DNA of 64,000 nucleotides, taken from NCBI GenBank assembly GCA_041694815.1, contig JBGFSC010000004.1, positions 50,667-114,666 of the forward strand, given 5' to 3'. Below, in pieces: positions 32,737 to 41,493 of this stretch (the first letter of the stretch is position 1; each line of letters begins with the position of its first letter). This DNA comes from Elusimicrobiota bacterium (GTDB taxonomy: Bacteria > Elusimicrobiota > Elusimicrobia > UBA1565 > JACRDR01). The notes under the pieces are model-generated. The model was not told where the DNA came from. It saw nothing but the letters and a program-made list of their open reading frames with translations, and searched no databases. The position numbers and the translations under genes were made by a program.

Positions 32737-34930
32737 GGAGCAGTTTTTCGGGCAGTAAGGGAAGCTCGGCTATCCAGGCGCCCGTCGCGTGGCATACGGC
32801 GGCGGCGATGGCGGGGCCGGGAACGTCCATCGGTAGCTCGCCGACGCCCTTGGCGCCGAAGGGTCCTCCCGAAAATGGTTTTTCCACCACCGAGACGTCC
32901 ATCGGCGGGGTGTCGAGCGCGGTGGGGATGATGTAATTGGTGAGCTGTGGGTTGGCCATCGCCCCCGCGCGCATGACCACGTTCTCGTACAAGGCGTAAC
33001 CCACCGCTTGGGCCGTGCCCCCGGCGATCTGGCCTTTCGCCAGCAGGGGATTGACGGCCTTGCCGATGTCTTGGGCGGTCGTGATCTTCCTTACGCGCAC
33101 CTCGTAGGTCGTCTTGTCCACCTCGAGGTCGGCGACGGCGGCTGCGTAGCTATAGACGCCGTAGGCGTCTCCCCGATAGTTTTGATCGTCCCAGCGGATA
33201 TCCGGAGGATTCTGGTATTGGGCTTCGAAAATCTTCTCCTTGCCGGCGCCGCAGATTTTGCGGGCCGCCGCCCGCAGTGCCGCGGGGCTGCCCGGCGCCT
33301 TAGGGTGGGCTCCGCGCAGTTCCTTTCGCAGCTCGAGGGCGGCGCGGCGCAGCAGGCCCCCGACGACCATGCAGGTGCGGCTGGCCACCGTCGGTCCGCT
33401 GTTGGGGACCCGGCTCGTGTCCGGGGTTTCGACCCGGACCCGCTCGAGCGGCACGCCGACGCTGTCGGCGACGATCTGGGCGAACAGGGTGTTGGTGCCC
33501 TGGCCGATTTCGGTGGAGGCCGCCAAGACTCGTATCTCGCCCTCGCGGGTCAGCGAGAGGGCCGCGCGGCTGGCTAGGTGCAGCTCCCCGCTGCCGGTGA
33601 ATCCCGCGCCGTGATGCACCATCGCCAGGCCGATCCCCTTCCAAACCGGCTTCCTCGCGTCGCGGTTGAAACGCTCGTATTCCTTGCGCTTGCGGGCGTA
33701 GCCGCTGCGCGCCACGCATCGCTCCAGGCTCTCGAGCGCCCCGACGCTTTCCTTGAGGCGCTGGCCGGTGGCGGTGGTCGAGCCCTCGCGGAAGGCGTTG
33801 AGCCGGCGCAGCCTCAAGGAGTCCAATCCCGTCTCGCGGGCGATCTTCTCCCAATGGAGCTCGGCGGCGAATAGGGTTTGCGGCGCGCCGAAGCCGCGGA
33901 AGGCGCCGTTGGGCGGGGTATGCGTGGCCAGGGCCTTCGAGCGCACGCGCACGTTCGGGCACTCGTAGGGGCCGGTCGCGTGCAGCGTGCCGCGGGAGAG
34001 CACGACGGGTGTCAGGGTGACGTAGGCTCCGCCGTCCATGAGCACTTCGATGTCCTGCGCGAGCAGCCTCCCCTCGCGGCTGAGCCCCGTCCGGTGGCGG
34101 ACGATCGCGGGGTGGCGTTTGGTGGTGGCGGCCATATCCTCGGCGCGGTCGTAGACGATCTTGACAGGCCGGCCGGCCTTGCGCGAGAGCACGGCCGCGT
34201 GTCCCCCGATCATGTTAGGGTATTCTTCCTTGCCGCCAAAGCCGCCGCCGGTCGCCGTCTGCACGACCCGGAGCTTCTCATCGGGCAATTCGAAGAGGTG
34301 CTTGAGGGCCTTGTGGACGTAGTAGGGGCATTGAAGCGAGCCCATCACATGCAGGGCGCCGTCCTCCCACCAGGCGGCCATTGCGTTGTTCTCGATGTAG
34401 GCGTGCTCTTGATGGGGCACGCGGTACTCGCCCTCGACGATAAAACGGGACTCGGCCAATCCCTTCTCGACGTCACCCTTCTCGATAAGGTATTTCTTGA
34501 ATACGTTGTCGGTCGAATAGATGGCGTGCTTGACCGCCAGCGAGTCCTCGAGGGTGAGCACGCAGTCAAGCTCCTCGTACTCGACGCGCACGTGGGAGAG
34601 CGCCTCGTAGGCCAGCTCCCGCCGCGGGTGGGCGATCAAGGCGATGGGCTCGAAGGCGTGGCGGACGACGTCGTCTGCCAGGAGGGGCTGGTCGAGCTCG
34701 ATCAAGGCGACTTGATTGCGCGGTACGTCCTTGGCCGTGGCGACGACGAACTCCGACCAGGGGAAGCGGGGATCGAAGACGATCTCGCGGATGCGGGCGT
34801 GCGGCACGCTCGAACGCAGGGTGGCGCCGTAGAGGCAGCCGGGGATTTCGTAGTCGTCGAGGTACTTGGCCTCGCCGCGCAGCTTCTCCTTCCCTTCGTA
34901 GCGCAGCTCGCTTTTTCCGACGGAAGGCAT
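32708..34930 (-). CDS. Xanthine dehydrogenase family molybdopterin-binding subunit
   Basis: QEHAYIE, GGGFGGKE, AFRGFG.PQ, EIGQG, TVASR and GAKGVGE. Confidence 0.95.
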   Translation of the reverse strand: MPSVGKSELRYEGKEKLRGEAKYLDDYEIPGCLYGATLRSSVPHARIREIVFDPRFPWSEFVVATAKDVPRNQVALIELDQPLLADDVVRHAFEPIALIAHPRRELAYEALSHVRVEYEELDCVLTLEDSLAVKHAIYSTDNVFKKYLIEKGDVEKGLAESRFIVEGEYRVPHQEHAYIENNAMAAWWEDGALHVMGSLQCPYYVHKALKHLFELPDEKLRVVQTATGGGFGGKEEYPNMIGGHAAVLSRKAGRPVKIVYDRAEDMAATTKRHPAIVRHRTGLSREGRLLAQDIEVLMDGGAYVTLTPVVLSRGTLHATGPYECPNVRVRSKALATHTPPNGAFRGFGAPQTLFAAELHWEKIARETGLDSLRLRRLNAFREGSTTATGQRLKESVGALESLERCVARSGYARKRKEYERFNRDARKPVWKGIGLAMVHHGAGFTGSGELHLASRAALSLTREGEIRVLAASTEIGQGTNTLFAQIVADSVGVPLERVRVETPDTSRVPNSGPTVASRTCMVVGGLLRRAALELRKELRGAHPKAPGSPAALRAAARKICGAGKEKIFEAQYQNPPDIRWDDQNYRGDAYGVYSYAAAVADLEVDKTTYEVRVRKITTAQDIGKAVNPLLAKGQIAGGTAQAVGYALYENVVMRAGAMANPQLTNYIIPTALDTPPMDVSVVEKPFSGGPFGAKGVGELPMDVPGPAIAAAVCHATGAWIAELPLLPEKLLHAHKNNGQR

Positions 34931-34958
34931 GAGCGGATTTTAGGATATAATAGGCGCG

Positions 34959-35981
34959 TTGATAAATAACGACTGGCATAGGGTCGGGTCCTTCGCCGCC
35001 GCCTCCTCCGCTTTCGAGATCGGTGCCGGCAGCCTCCTGCATTCGTTGCGCGTTCCCCTGCGCGGCCATCTGTTGGCCAACCTGCAGGGGGCCGTGCTAT
35101 CGGCCTATCTCGACCGGAGGCGGGCGCGCTGCCGGCGCGTCTTCTGGGTCTCCGCGCTGAGCGGGGCGCTCAAGAGCCTATCGCCCGCCGGCTCGCGCCT
35201 TAGGCCGATGCTCGCCATATTCATGCAAGGCGCCTTATTCCATGGCGCGGTTAATCTGCTGGGACCCGGGCTGGCCGGCGTTTCGGTCGGGCACGCGATG
35301 ATCGGCGCCTGGTGCGGTTTCCAGACTTTTTTCTTCCAGTACCTGTTGTTCGGCTCCGACTTGCTGAGAGGATACGAATCCTTATTTCGCTGGGCGGCAA
35401 GCTTCGTCCCGCTGCCGTCTCCGGGGGCGGCTCTGGCCGGATGGGTGGCGGCGAGCTCGCTGTTTTCGGCGGCGTTGGGTACCACCTTCTTCCTTGGCTT
35501 TTTCCGCTTGGAGAACTTCCGCGTCCCAGCGCTCGAGCTCGCGCCGCCGCGAGGCGGAGGCTGGGCGCAAAGCGCGCGCTCGGCGATGGGCGAGCTGCGC
35601 AGGCCTTATTTCCTTGGGCCGCTCGCTTTCATGGTTTTTTTCACGATACTGACGGGTCGAGGATGGGAGCGCGCCGCGTGGATCTCGGCCCGGGCGCTGC
35701 TCTTCGCATTCGCGGCGGCCCTGCTCGTGCGCCGCATCGAATTGGCGCGCGTCGCCGCATGGTTGAGCCGGAAGGGCTTCAGCGGTCCGGCGACGGCCTT
35801 GGAAGTAGCGCTATCAGGAGCCGCGGGAGCGGTGCACCAGCGCGGGCCATACGTCGAAAAGGGAGATGAACATCGCCGTCAGTATGGGCCCGATGAACAC
35901 GCCGAAAAGGCCGAAGAAGGATATGCCCCCCAGGATCGAAAGCAGCGCGACGAAGGGGTGCATGCCCTCGCCTCCCCGTAG
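34959..35981 (+). CDS. Hypothetical multi-TM membrane protein
   Basis: Many hydrophobic segments; TATAAT 7 nt before the TTG. The last ~55 codons are antisense to the AI-2E gene. Confidence 0.6.
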   Translation: MINNDWHRVGSFAAASSAFEIGAGSLLHSLRVPLRGHLLANLQGAVLSAYLDRRRARCRRVFWVSALSGALKSLSPAGSRLRPMLAIFMQGALFHGAVNLLGPGLAGVSVGHAMIGAWCGFQTFFFQYLLFGSDLLRGYESLFRWAASFVPLPSPGAALAGWVAASSLFSAALGTTFFLGFFRLENFRVPALELAPPRGGGWAQSARSAMGELRRPYFLGPLAFMVFFTILTGRGWERAAWISARALLFAFAAALLVRRIELARVAAWLSRKGFSGPATALEVALSGAAGAVHQRGPYVEKGDEHRRQYGPDEHAEKAEEGYAPQDRKQRDEGVHALASP

Positions 35982-36854
35982 CACCAACGGCCGGACGATG
36001 TTGTCGATGAGCCCGGCGGCCGCCATCACCACGATCATGCCCGCCATCCGTAGGCCCGCGCCTTGGGCGTAGAGCACGATCACTCCCGTCAACGTCACCG
36101 GCAAGGTGCCGACCATCGGGATCCAGGCCAGGATGAAGGCCGCGCCCCCGGCGAGAAAGGCGGCCGGCAGGCCCAGGATCAGGTAACCCAGGAATACGAT
36201 GAGCGCCTGCGAGCTCGAGGCGGCCAGGCTCGCCCAGACCGTGGCGATCGCCGTGCCGTGCAGGGATTTGACGAGCCGCTGGCGCACGTCCGGGTCCAGG
36301 CCGCTTCGATCCAGGGCCCATTCGACGAAGCGTCGGCCGTCGACGAGGAAGAAATAAAGGGCCACGACCGTAAGCAGCAATTGCAGTAGCAATCGAGGCA
36401 CTTCCCTCGCCAACGCGACCACCGTCGCCGTGATTTGTCCGGCCGATTTTCGCACGAGCTGAGCCGATTGCTGGCGCAGGGCCTCGGGATCGCCGAGCCA
36501 TTCGCCCAGCACGGGCAGCTGCTGCAGCCGGTCCAGCAGGATTTCGAGGCTCAGAGCTTCGCGTTCTGAGAGATCCTGCCCCAGGCGGATAGCCTGCCCC
36601 ACGGCCTGCGAGGTGAATAAGGCGGCCGGGGTGATGACAAGAAGCAGGATGCCGAGGCTCACCAGCACGGCGGAGAGCCGCCGTCCGGCCCCGCGCGCGA
36701 GCAGGGCGCCGTAGGCCGGATACGCGAGCGCGGCGAGAGTGGCGCCCAAGAAAAGGGCCAGCGCGTACGGCGCGAATATGCGGACGACGAAATAGCCCAG
36801 GCCGGCCAGGATGATGAGGAACGCGACGAGCGGCGTCTTGCTCGGCGCGTTCAC
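35814..36854 (-). CDS. AI-2E family transporter
   Basis: YFFLVDG, IPMVG, IDNIVRP and GG...FG..GVFIGP. Confidence 0.92.
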   Translation of the reverse strand: MNAPSKTPLVAFLIILAGLGYFVVRIFAPYALALFLGATLAALAYPAYGALLARGAGRRLSAVLVSLGILLLVITPAALFTSQAVGQAIRLGQDLSEREALSLEILLDRLQQLPVLGEWLGDPEALRQQSAQLVRKSAGQITATVVALAREVPRLLLQLLLTVVALYFFLVDGRRFVEWALDRSGLDPDVRQRLVKSLHGTAIATVWASLAASSSQALIVFLGYLILGLPAAFLAGGAAFILAWIPMVGTLPVTLTGVIVLYAQGAGLRMAGMIVVMAAAGLIDNIVRPLVLRGGEGMHPFVALLSILGGISFFGLFGVFIGPILTAMFISLFDVWPALVHRSRGS

Positions 36855-37345
36855 TTGCCGCCCGCGTCGGCTAGCGCTTCTCTGCAGTCAACGCGATTGA
36901 GGGCGAATTCATCCCTGCTCTTCTTTCCGTTCCTGGTCTTTTCCAATATGATCTTTAGGATGCTTCCGGTGCCCTCATAGACGAGCTTTTCGGTGGGAAC
37001 GCCGCGCGGGGTCTGGAAAACGACTCGCCGATCCGCGTGTTCGACGGCGTCGAATTCCACGCTTCTTTTCCCGTTTATCTCGACCCGCAGCCGCAGGCGG
37101 CCGTCTTTTTCTTGGATCCGCATCGTCTCGTAGAAGGCGGTTTCGCCCTTGTCGATCATCCGCCCCATTTGCAGCAGGGTATTCCCTTCGGGTCTCGTCC
37201 AATATTCCTCGATGGCTCCGCCGGGGAAATCCTGCTTCCAGCAGCCGGAGAGCCACGATAATCCCGCGAGCGTCCGAGCGGGCTTTCCGGCTTCGGCGGA
37301 GGCCCCGTGCGCGATTAAAAAAAGGGCTGTCAGCAGTACGGTCAT
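36851..37345 (-). CDS. Secreted DUF6265-like protein
   Basis: Signal peptide; L.WL.G.W....IEE.W..P.G; ATGA-coupled at both ends. Confidence 0.72.
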   Translation of the reverse strand: MTVLLTALFLIAHGASAEAGKPARTLAGLSWLSGCWKQDFPGGAIEEYWTRPEGNTLLQMGRMIDKGETAFYETMRIQEKDGRLRLRVEINGKRSVEFDAVEHADRRVVFQTPRGVPTEKLVYEGTGSILKIILEKTRNGKKSRDEFALNRVDCREALADAGGK

Positions 37346-37812
37346 GCTCGCTCGGCGGCCGCTTTCTTTCCGGATTGCTTCCATCGTTCAATCACGTCGA
37401 TTCCCTTCGTCCTTCGCTTTTCGAGATGCTCAAACCAGCGATCCGCAAGCTGGGTGAACTCGACCAAATTCCCGTCAGGGTCCTCGATGCTCATGCTGAG
37501 GCCGTAGCTCGGCTCCGTGATCGGCTCGATCGGGCGGACGCCGCGGGCCTTAAGCCGCTGGAGCAGGGCCCTGATGTCGAAAGTCGTGAAGGCGAGCTTG
37601 ACGGCGCCCACCCCCGCCCGTTTGTCCGGGAAGTTCTCTACGGGATGGATCGCGAAATGGATGTCGCCCAGCTCGCAGCCCCAATGGGGCTCGCTGTCGC
37701 CGTGCTTCTCGTCTTCGAGCGGCACGCCGAGCACGTCCCGATAAAAATCCGCCAGCCGCTTAGGGTTTTTAGAGACGAGCAGCACGGCCGACAAGAACTC
37801 GATCTTTTCCAT
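37342..37812 (-). CDS. VOC/glyoxalase family protein
   Basis: FYRDVLG and EDPDGNLVEF; GGAGG SD. Confidence 0.88.
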   Translation of the reverse strand: MEKIEFLSAVLLVSKNPKRLADFYRDVLGVPLEDEKHGDSEPHWGCELGDIHFAIHPVENFPDKRAGVGAVKLAFTTFDIRALLQRLKARGVRPIEPITEPSYGLSMSIEDPDGNLVEFTQLADRWFEHLEKRRTKGIDVIERWKQSGKKAAAERA

Positions 37813-37833
37813 CGCGCCTCCGGAAAAAGGATA

Positions 37834-37905
37834 TGCCGAGGGCTGGGATCGAACCAGCGACACCTGGTTTTTCAGACCAGTGCTCTACCACTGAGCTACC
37901 TCGGC
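37834..37905 (-). tRNA. tRNA-Phe (GAA), CCA not encoded
   Basis: GCCGAGGTAGCTCAGTGGTAGAGCA-CTGGT-CTGAAAA-ACCAG-GTGTC-GCTGG-TTCGATC-CCAGC-CCTCGGC-A forms a full cloverleaf. Confidence 0.97.
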
Positions 37906-38004
37906 ACGACGAGGCCCCATTAAATCAATTTGCCGTTGAGGCCGCAAATAATTCGGTAAGCACCAGACAGCAAGCGGGGCGCATGGACCACTCAGGCGAA
38001 CCGT

Positions 38005-38308
38005 TCAGGGACCGTATTCGTGTATTTCCCAGGGAACGATGTCACCGGTCTCGAGAAGATCAAAAAGCTTGCCGGCGGGATGAAGCGTGGAAAACTTTTG
38101 AAGAGCCTCGCTCCAAATATCGACCCTTTGCTTGATTGGCATGCTTTGGGGAACCCTCGAAATAATAACGGCCCCATGGTAATCGAATGGACCATCCTCA
38201 AATTCTGTGTCCTGAGTTAAGAATACCAGGTCTTTTTCCGTCAGGCGCTGCGAATCGCTTGCCGAACCTGATTGCCGGGTCCATCGAAATCCCTGGAAAA
38301 ATCTCCAT
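38005..38308 (-). pseudogene. Deleted DUF433 antitoxin / DUF5615 PIN-like toxin remnant
   Basis: ATG 38308 gives MEIFPGISMDPAIRFGK (DUF433 N-terminus). A shifted frame 38256-38005 gives ...DLVFLTQDTEF...GAVIISRV (PIN-like LT.D..F motif). Confidence 0.65.
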
Positions 38309-38387
38309 GATAGCTGCCTAAATTATAACACCTGCAAGCGCAAGGATTTTTGAGTGTAGCTTGGCGCTCTCGAAATCATACGTGCCA

Positions 38388-39614
38388 CTACAACTTGAAG
38401 CGTCTGTCGGCGCTTTCCCCGTCCGGCCGCGGCCCGATCGCGTCCACGGGTTTGGAGAGAAACTCGGAAAGGCGTTCGTTCCGGCGCTTCTCGAATTCCC
38501 GTTTTTCCTCGGGAGTCCGGTCGACGCGCCAAATCTGTATCACTCCTTTCGATGCAACCGCAAGCCTTGATCCGTCGGCATTGAACGCGATCGTTTGGCC
38601 GATAAGGGTGGGCTGAACATTTAAAATGTCGAGAGCCTCTAGGGTATTGGCGTCGAGGATCAGAATCCTGTTTGACATTATGTCGGTGGCGGCGATCTTG
38701 TCGCCGTTAGGACTGAACGCGACGCCGAGAATAAGCGGGGCCTCTAGGCTGGCAGTTTTTATCCAGCGTCTTATATCCCATGCCTCATTCCAAATTCGAT
38801 GGCTCTTTCGATCGGCGAACTGGACGTAGAGCCGGGAGTGATCCGGACTGACGACGGCATGGCTTACCGACGCGCCCAGGCTTAGCAATTTCTGGCCGCC
38901 AAAAGGCAGCTTCGAATCAAGGTCCCATGCGACCACGCTGCCCTTGGCGTCGCCTTTAATCGTGATGAGCTTGCCGCCGTCCTTCGAGAAGAAGGCGGCG
39001 AGTGCGCCGGTCCCACCCACATGAAAATGGTTTAAGGTCTTGCCGGAGTTCGTGTCAACGACGCGGACCCATCGGTCGAAGCGATCGAAGGCCGCGAATT
39101 TAGAGCCATCGGAGCTAAAAGAGATTTTGGGAGCGCTTTTTCTGTCCACGAAAAGGATGGGATCCAGCCACTCTACGGTCTTGGCGTCGAAGCGTTGGGC
39201 AGCTCCCGGAGACGACATCACGATTTTCGTTCCGTCGGGGCTGACGGCGACTCCAAAAACGTCTTTTCCACGTATATCCCTCGTAAGAAAATGGAATAAG
39301 GTCTTTACACGCTGACCAGTGGCAACATCCCAAATGATCGCCGTCCTATCCTCGCCGACGCTCACAAGGGTCGAGCCGGTCGGGTCGTACGCGACGGCAT
39401 AAACATCACCCGCATGTCCCTGCAGGGAGCGATCCAGATGCGGGTTTATTCTCTCCTCCAGGAAAAATTTCCTGATCCCTTCGCTTTTCGACTCGGTCCC
39501 ATCGAATAAATGATCGAGCATGGCCTCCTGCCCCATCGCGGGCAAGGCGGCCAGAACCAAGAAAGAAATAAGCGTTATGAAACGCATTTCCTTAAAAGGA
39601 TGCATCGGAATCAA
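38388..39614 (-). CDS. Secreted WD40/YVTN beta-propeller protein
   Basis: GHAGDVYAVAYDPTG..LVS..ED.TAIIWD and repeated (A/F)SPDG motifs; signal peptide; lower GC. Confidence 0.85.
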   Translation of the reverse strand: MIPMHPFKEMRFITLISFLVLAALPAMGQEAMLDHLFDGTESKSEGIRKFFLEERINPHLDRSLQGHAGDVYAVAYDPTGSTLVSVGEDRTAIIWDVATGQRVKTLFHFLTRDIRGKDVFGVAVSPDGTKIVMSSPGAAQRFDAKTVEWLDPILFVDRKSAPKISFSSDGSKFAAFDRFDRWVRVVDTNSGKTLNHFHVGGTGALAAFFSKDGGKLITIKGDAKGSVVAWDLDSKLPFGGQKLLSLGASVSHAVVSPDHSRLYVQFADRKSHRIWNEAWDIRRWIKTASLEAPLILGVAFSPNGDKIAATDIMSNRILILDANTLEALDILNVQPTLIGQTIAFNADGSRLAVASKGVIQIWRVDRTPEEKREFEKRRNERLSEFLSKPVDAIGPRPDGESADRRFKL

Positions 39615-39658
39615 CGGGGTAGGGAGGGCCTTTTGGTACTTCGTTTAGGCCGAAAGGC

Positions 39659-40855
39659 CTATGAGCGGGCGAGCGCCGAATACAGCCATGGGAGGAAATC
39701 CGGATCCTCCCACATGAAGGCGGTGTGGGCGCCGTGGAAGGTGTCGACGATCAGCGAGATGAGCGCGTCGTAGCGCAGGGAGAATTCCTCGAGGGTTTTG
39801 GACTGCTTGGCGGCCTGCCGCAGCGTCAGGGCGAAGCGGGGGTAATCCGCGTCGCGCTCGAGCGCCCGCATCAGGTTCTGCAGCCCTTGCTTGCGGATGA
39901 GTCCGCCCGCGGCCCAGCCGTCGAGTTTATTGAAGTCGTTCTCGCCATTTTTGAGGAATTTCCAGAGGGTGTTGAGCTCCCCATCCCCAAGCTCGGCGGA
40001 ATACCAATTGGCCACCGGCTCCAAGTAGCGCCGCTGCGGCGGGGTCTCCAACGGCCCTAAAACGCTGACGTGATGCACGACGATGCGCTTGGGCAATTGT
40101 AATCTGGCGACGGTGTTCATCTCCGGGGTCCGGTTGGCCACGGATAGGGTCGCCGGAGTCACCCGTTTTTTGATGTCTTCGGAAAACGGCAGGCGCCGCG
40201 CCAGGCCCGCGGCCGCCTCCCGAATTCCCGGAGCCATCGCCAGCCAGGGGATGTCGACGCCGCGCCACGGAGCATCGATGGCGAAAAACAGCGTTCGCGC
40301 GATCGGGCTGCGAGGGCCGTCGTGGATGATCCCGTCGCGGGCCAGATCGAACAGCATCAGGTCCGCGATCAATCCTCCGGTGCTGTGCCCCAGCACGCGT
40401 AGTTCCGGCGCCGCCGGCTCCAGGGAGCGACGGCAAGAAAGCACTTCTTTTAAGGCCGCCGCCAGGGAGCGCGCGCTGGCCTCGATCGACTGGTACTGGT
40501 CGCTGACTCCGATGAGTAATTGATACGGGCCGTCGAGTTGCGCGAGCCCATGCGCGTCTTGGAAATTCATTCCCTTGCCCGGAATAAAGACTAACAGGGG
40601 CGCGAGCGGATCGAGCGGCCTTAAGGGAACGAAGCTGGCGCGGCCCGAGCGTGCCTTGAGCCGCCTCTGCCATTCCGCCTTGGAAAGGGGTTTGTTCGCC
40701 GCTCCGAGCTTTAAAAAATCCGGATCGAGCGGTTCGAGCAGCGAGGCGCACCCGGCCACGGCTATGGGAACCGGTTCGGGCGGGGGCGGCGGGTCCTCCT
40801 GCGCCGCCGAGGGCGCGGATAGGACGAGTAGGAGCGCCAGGGCGGTCGGGAGCAT
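39659..40855 (-). CDS. Secreted alpha/beta-hydrolase-like protein
   Basis: Signal peptide; VFIPG, nucleophile elbow GHSTGG, DAPWRG and C-terminal GAH. Confidence 0.7.
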   Translation of the reverse strand: MLPTALALLLVLSAPSAAQEDPPPPPEPVPIAVAGCASLLEPLDPDFLKLGAANKPLSKAEWQRRLKARSGRASFVPLRPLDPLAPLLVFIPGKGMNFQDAHGLAQLDGPYQLLIGVSDQYQSIEASARSLAAALKEVLSCRRSLEPAAPELRVLGHSTGGLIADLMLFDLARDGIIHDGPRSPIARTLFFAIDAPWRGVDIPWLAMAPGIREAAAGLARRLPFSEDIKKRVTPATLSVANRTPEMNTVARLQLPKRIVVHHVSVLGPLETPPQRRYLEPVANWYSAELGDGELNTLWKFLKNGENDFNKLDGWAAGGLIRKQGLQNLMRALERDADYPRFALTLRQAAKQSKTLEEFSLRYDALISLIVDTFHGAHTAFMWEDPDFLPWLYSALARS

Positions 40856-40923
40856 GATCGCCTTATTGTAGGAATTTCTCCATCGGATTGGAACGAAGCG
40901 GCCGGTTTTTGTAGAGTAGCCTC

Positions 40924-41493
40924 ATGCGGACACTCGCGCTGCTGTTGGCATTGCTCGCCTCGGCCGATGGCCGCGCCGTCGAACCTGGGGGCCTCGATGA
41001 TCTGCGCGCCCGCATCCTCGCCCGGGACGACGACCCCTCCGGCTTTCTGCTGCCTAATTTCCACCGCGTCTCCGAGGGTATTTACCGCTCCGGCCAGCCC
41101 AGCCGTTCCGGAATATCAGAGCTTAAGCGCTTGGGCGTGCGCTCCGTGCTCAATCTCCGCGCGCGCACCCGCGCGGCCGAACGGGATCAGTTGCGCAAGC
41201 TCGGGATGAACTCCGTCCATGTGCCGATCCACAGCGGGAAGTTGAGCTACCAGGCCATCGACGACGCGCTCGGCAAGCTCGCCGATCCCGCGCTGCGGCC
41301 GATCTCGGTGCATTGCCGTTTCGGGAAGGACCGCACGGGCTACGTCATCGCCGCCTACCGCGTCGTCATCGAAGGATGGAGCGTAAATCGGGCCGCCGAA
41401 GAGGCCGAAAAACTGGGCTGCTGCGCCGGGAATTACCCTAAGATCCGGCCTTATTTGGAAGGTTACCGAAAGCACCGAAGCGAAAAACCGTAG
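40924..41493 (+). CDS. Exported tyrosine/dual-specificity phosphatase
   Basis: NFHRVSEGIYRSGQP, VLNLR and P-loop HCRFGKDRTG. Confidence 0.9.
   Translation: MRTLALLLALLASADGRAVEPGGLDDLRARILARDDDPSGFLLPNFHRVSEGIYRSGQPSRSGISELKRLGVRSVLNLRARTRAAERDQLRKLGMNSVHVPIHSGKLSYQAIDDALGKLADPALRPISVHCRFGKDRTGYVIAAYRVVIEGWSVNRAAEEAEKLGCCAGNYPKIRPYLEGYRKHRSEKP

Noticed and set aside
31406-34930. Selenium-dependent or selenocysteine-containing xanthine dehydrogenase
   Set aside because: There is no in-frame TGA in the subunits and no yqeB, yqeC or selD nearby.
35800-37905. Integrative element at the tRNA-Phe 3' end
   Set aside because: No integrase is present and I did not find a duplicated tRNA 3' end in the window.
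38020-38220. 66-aa plus-strand ORF
   Set aside because: Better explained as the antisense shadow of the PIN-like remnant.
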